A stretch of 64,000 nucleotides of DNA. Source: Kofleriaceae bacterium. Its GTDB lineage: Bacteria; Myxococcota_A; Polyangia; Haliangiales; Haliangiaceae. Below the pieces are notes generated by a model. The model was not told the origin of the DNA. It did not search any database and saw nothing but the letters and a program-made list of their open reading frames with translations. Below, piece by piece: positions 60,960-64,000 of this stretch (its first letter is position 1; every line of letters begins with the position of its first letter). The stretch is from NCBI GenBank assembly GCA_965215005.1, contig CBDCCZ010000014.1:96001-160000 (forward strand), given 5' to 3'. The position numbers and the translations under genes are program-made.

Positions 60960-62606
60960 TCACCGTATTCTGAGGGTTGCGAATAGCCCAGCTTCGCCCG
61001 ACCACTCCTTTTCAAGGAGCCGGGCTTCAAGCTCCATCATACGCGCGTATGAGAGGCTGTATTGAAGAGCTGGATGACGGTACTCGTCGTGCTTTCGTCG
61101 CTCGTAGACCTCGATGAGCTTCTTGCGCCCAGTGTCTGACAGCCAGACTTGTGCTCCGGTCACCGTGAAGTCATCGTCCGGGTGGAACGTTCGGCGGTTT
61201 ACAGCACCGAGAATGGCCATATCGACGAGCGGGACGCGAAACAGTTCCATCAGGTCGAGGGCGAGCGGGTAGCTCGCAGACCGCGGCTGGTGTAGGAAGC
61301 CTAGCGCAGGCTCGAGTCCTACCCGCACAATCGCACTATAGACGTCTCGCTAGAGCAGGCCGTAGGCGAACGAGAGCAGTGAATTAAATCGGTCAAGGGG
61401 CGGCCGCTTAGAGCGGCCCTGAGGAACCATGGACTCCCCGGCATCTGGCGAGACGAGAGCTCTAAGCGAATCGAAGTAGGCTCGCGCACCCTGGCCTTCG
61501 TAGCCCATTAACTGCTCGCGGCTATCTCCTTGGAATGCGCCCCGGACGGCGGCCCTAAGCCGCACTAAGCTCGTCGAGCAGCTCGTGCGAATCGTCGGCT
61601 TGCCGCGGCTGGCCCGCATGATGTGCTGGATCTGCATTTGAATCTTCGCGATGACCAGCCGACGCGCCAGTTCGAGCGAGGTGGCCTCGTTTCGCAAGCC
61701 TTCGAACTGCCGGATGCGACGCTGAACACCGCCGGACTGCCCCGCAAACGAACCAATGAAGCTTCCGGACGCGGCGATGAAGTGCACCGGGATATCGGCG
61801 CTAGCACAGAGTCGCAGTGCTTGGGTCGTAATCTGCGCGAAGCCGTGGAGCACCACGTCGCTAACCTCGCGGGTGCCGATGACGGTCTTCTTCCCGTCGC
61901 GGGGCACGACAACGAGTGTCTCGCCCGAGCGCGTGACGCGGGCACCGGAGGACACCACATGCACCGACCGACGTTCGGTATCTATGGGAAAGAGACGCAC
62001 TGGAGTGGGCTTAGATTCCGTGTCGGGCACCTGCGCGAAGCGAGCCTCCTCCGGAAGGCACACTGGCGCGAGGGAGCACCTCACACATCGCCGTTCGTGC
62101 ACCGTGACGGGGGGACGTTCGGTCGAGACGCGGAGCTGACCGGCACGTTCGACCACCCGTATGACCTGACCACGCAGGTTCTCGTCGATGGGGACCCGAA
62201 GCGTAAGATTATCCTTATGATAACGAACACGAGCTTCGGGAATGGATGACGAGGTGTGTTCCTCGAGTAGCATGGCGTAAGCTGCAAGCTGGATCGCGTC
62301 GCTATCCCATGGCTGCGCCTCGCCGTTGATCGTGCGCGAGCATCGCCCGCGCTTGTGCTCAATGGGAAACATCGCTCCGTCACGCCGCCTCACGGCGTCC
62401 ATTCGCCCGCGAATACCAAGCACCTCTGACTCCAGCGTCAGATTGGTGATCTCCGCTGGCTCGTCAAGCTCGGCATGAAGGCGGCGCCCCGCCCAAACCG
62501 CTTCGTCAGCGACGCGAATCTCCTCGACCTCCTCGAGATAGAAGAGACGCTCGCAGTACGCGAGCGCGTGCAGAGCCATTACGCGGATTGTCGGCGAGGC
62601 TGTCAT
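60960..62606 (-). CDS. cas1: Cas4-Cas1 fusion with in-frame TAG at 61350-61352
   Basis: YCERLFY, GRMD, IEHKRG, QLAAY, CVRCSLAPVCLP (Cas4); LMGYEG, NSLLSFAYGLL*RDV, GFLHQPR, LALDLMELFR (Cas1). Both ORF pieces are in the same frame. Confidence 0.92.
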
Positions 62607-63304
62607 GTCTCCTCCACGAGGCCGGGGTTCTGCGGGACCCACGCCCACGCTTCGGCAGGAATCGAGGCAGATTCCGCCAGGGGAGCAAAGACGGCGGACG
62701 TGGTGCGGCTGCTGTCGAGGCGGTCGATGCCGATCGTAAGCCTGCTAGAGCCTTTCCGGGGCGGATCGCCGGCGCCAATGGGTGCATACCAGCGACAGCG
62801 CGGAGGCTCATTGAGGACATCCGCGCGATCGAGGAGGAGGTTGTTGTCGCCTGCATGTGGCAAGCCGTAGCGAGGCGTCTCCAGCTCGCCGGCCAGCCCG
62901 CGCCCCACGCGCGCCAGCACCTCGTCCGCGCCTCGCGCAGCGATGACGCAATCCAAGCCCACCAAGAGCTCGCGGCGAGCGGGCGCGATCCAATACTTGG
63001 CCCCATGGGATCGCGCCTTGTACTCCTTGCCGGAGTTCCCGACGGGATAGGTGTGTAGCTGCTGGTACAGCGACGTCGTGGAGGCTTCCGCCACCGCACC
63101 GACGGCGATCTCCAGGGCTGGTGCGTCGGATCGAACCGTCGTGATAGTTTTTCGCTCCGGACCCCGCGTGTCGATGCCCGCTAGGTTGAGGAGCAGGCCC
63201 CAAGCCGCCGAAGGCGGTATGACCGGGCTCGTCGCGCGGTAAACGCCAGCCTGCAGCCATCGAAACGCGGCAAAAGGAGCGCGAACGCGTATGCACAGAT
63301 TCAT
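62603..63304 (-). CDS. cas5: Type I (MYXAN/I-B-like) Cas5/DevS
   Basis: IRVRAPFAAFR...PPSAAWGLLLNLAG...YQQLHTYPVG...KYWIAPARRELL...PRYGLP. Confidence 0.9.
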   Translation of the reverse strand: MNLCIRVRAPFAAFRWLQAGVYRATSPVIPPSAAWGLLLNLAGIDTRGPERKTITTVRSDAPALEIAVGAVAEASTTSLYQQLHTYPVGNSGKEYKARSHGAKYWIAPARRELLVGLDCVIAARGADEVLARVGRGLAGELETPRYGLPHAGDNNLLLDRADVLNEPPRCRWYAPIGAGDPPRKGSSRLTIGIDRLDSSRTTSAVFAPLAESASIPAEAWAWVPQNPGLVEET

Positions 63305-64000
63305 GCGGACTCGCCCCCGAGCAGTCGGTCGGCGGCCATCATCAGCGCGCGCTGCGGGTTGTCCTCGAACGTCACGCCCGTAGCACCCATCTCCTTCTTC
63401 AGCTCGGCAGACATCGAGCGTGAGACCTCGCCACCAACCAGAAACTCGCTGCCGGGAAGGTCTTTGTTGAGGACGCGACGCAATTCGGGGAATTGTCCCT
63501 GGAGATTGAACCCATAGCTTTCGTAGCCGGCCACAAGGCTGCGGGTCACGCGAATGACGATGCTCCGCGGTGCCATCTCGAAGAGGCTTCTTGCATGACC
63601 GCCAGCGACGTTCGAAAGCTCTCCAATGGCCTGGAGCAGCTTTCTCGTCCAGGCCGGACCATTCCCTTGAGCACAGTCGGAGCCAGCGAGCGCGAACGGA
63701 TATTGAAATGCCGTGTAGGCGGTCTCGCGGTGAATCAGCGCCGAGTTGACTGCGTTCTTCCATGGGCTTCCGCCGGCGTTCTGCGGAGATTGATGGAAGG
63801 TCGCGTCAAAGCGGTAGGCCTCCAATGCAACAGCCAGGTTCATGCGCAGGACGCTGTCGCGCTTGGCGGGGCGCTTAGCCTTCTTCTTCATCTCCTTGGA
63901 GTCGGCGACCATGTACCCAAAGAGAAAGTCGTCTGCGTACTTCGACGCGTCCGGAAAGTCTTTGAACTCGACGGCGAGCTGATCTTCGTTGTGGAGACGG
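63301..64000 (-). CDS. cas7: Type I Cas7/DevR (5' part outside window)
   Basis: YADDFLFGYMVA...KRDSVLRMNLAV...FHQSP...LIHRETAYTAFQYPF...VAGGHARSLFEMAP. Confidence 0.88.
   Translation of the reverse strand, partial: RLHNEDQLAVEFKDFPDASKYADDFLFGYMVADSKEMKKKAKRPAKRDSVLRMNLAVALEAYRFDATFHQSPQNAGGSPWKNAVNSALIHRETAYTAFQYPFALAGSDCAQGNGPAWTRKLLQAIGELSNVAGGHARSLFEMAPRSIVIRVTRSLVAGYESYGFNLQGQFPELRRVLNKDLPGSEFLVGGEVSRSMSAELKKEMGATGVTFEDNPQRALMMAADRLLGGESA

Overview
High-GC window that most likely comes from a myxobacterium (Myxococcota). This is inferred from a MYXO-CTERM protein, four eukaryotic-type Ser/Thr kinases, several sigma54 promoters and a DevR/DevS-type CRISPR-Cas system. Left half: the polA 5' end, a peptide ABC binding protein, kinase/TPR/Cys-rich lipoprotein genes, an aminobenzoate(abm)-like CoA-dependent catabolic operon, a small double-glycine-leader peptide beside a kinase-WD40 protein, GST, a CitE-like lyase, a stand-alone LeuA-type regulatory domain, argE, a NAGS/K-like gene, a glutamate dehydrogenase, and two tandem kinase-AAA-TPR paralogs, one with a 150-bp in-frame palindromic insert. 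The best candidate for an undescribed system is a sigma54-driven RiPP cluster at 35.8-41.8 kb. It has an NHLP-leader precursor with a Cys-free core carrying a repeated ENWG(G/S)E motif, three JmjC/cupin Fe(II)/2OG oxygenases, a cyclase-less LanM dehydratase/kinase domain and a GNAT. A second candidate at 46.6-51.4 kb is a pair of molybdenum storage protein (MosA/MosB-like) genes translationally coupled to a fused ECF T/S-like membrane protein. Right end: tRNA-Gln, tRNA-Glu, a decayed island, an about 80-repeat CRISPR array, and cas2, cas4-cas1, cas5 and cas7; cas1 has an in-frame amber stop. Several single-base indels suggest an error-prone assembly. All family calls come from motif recognition by eye; no database search was run.
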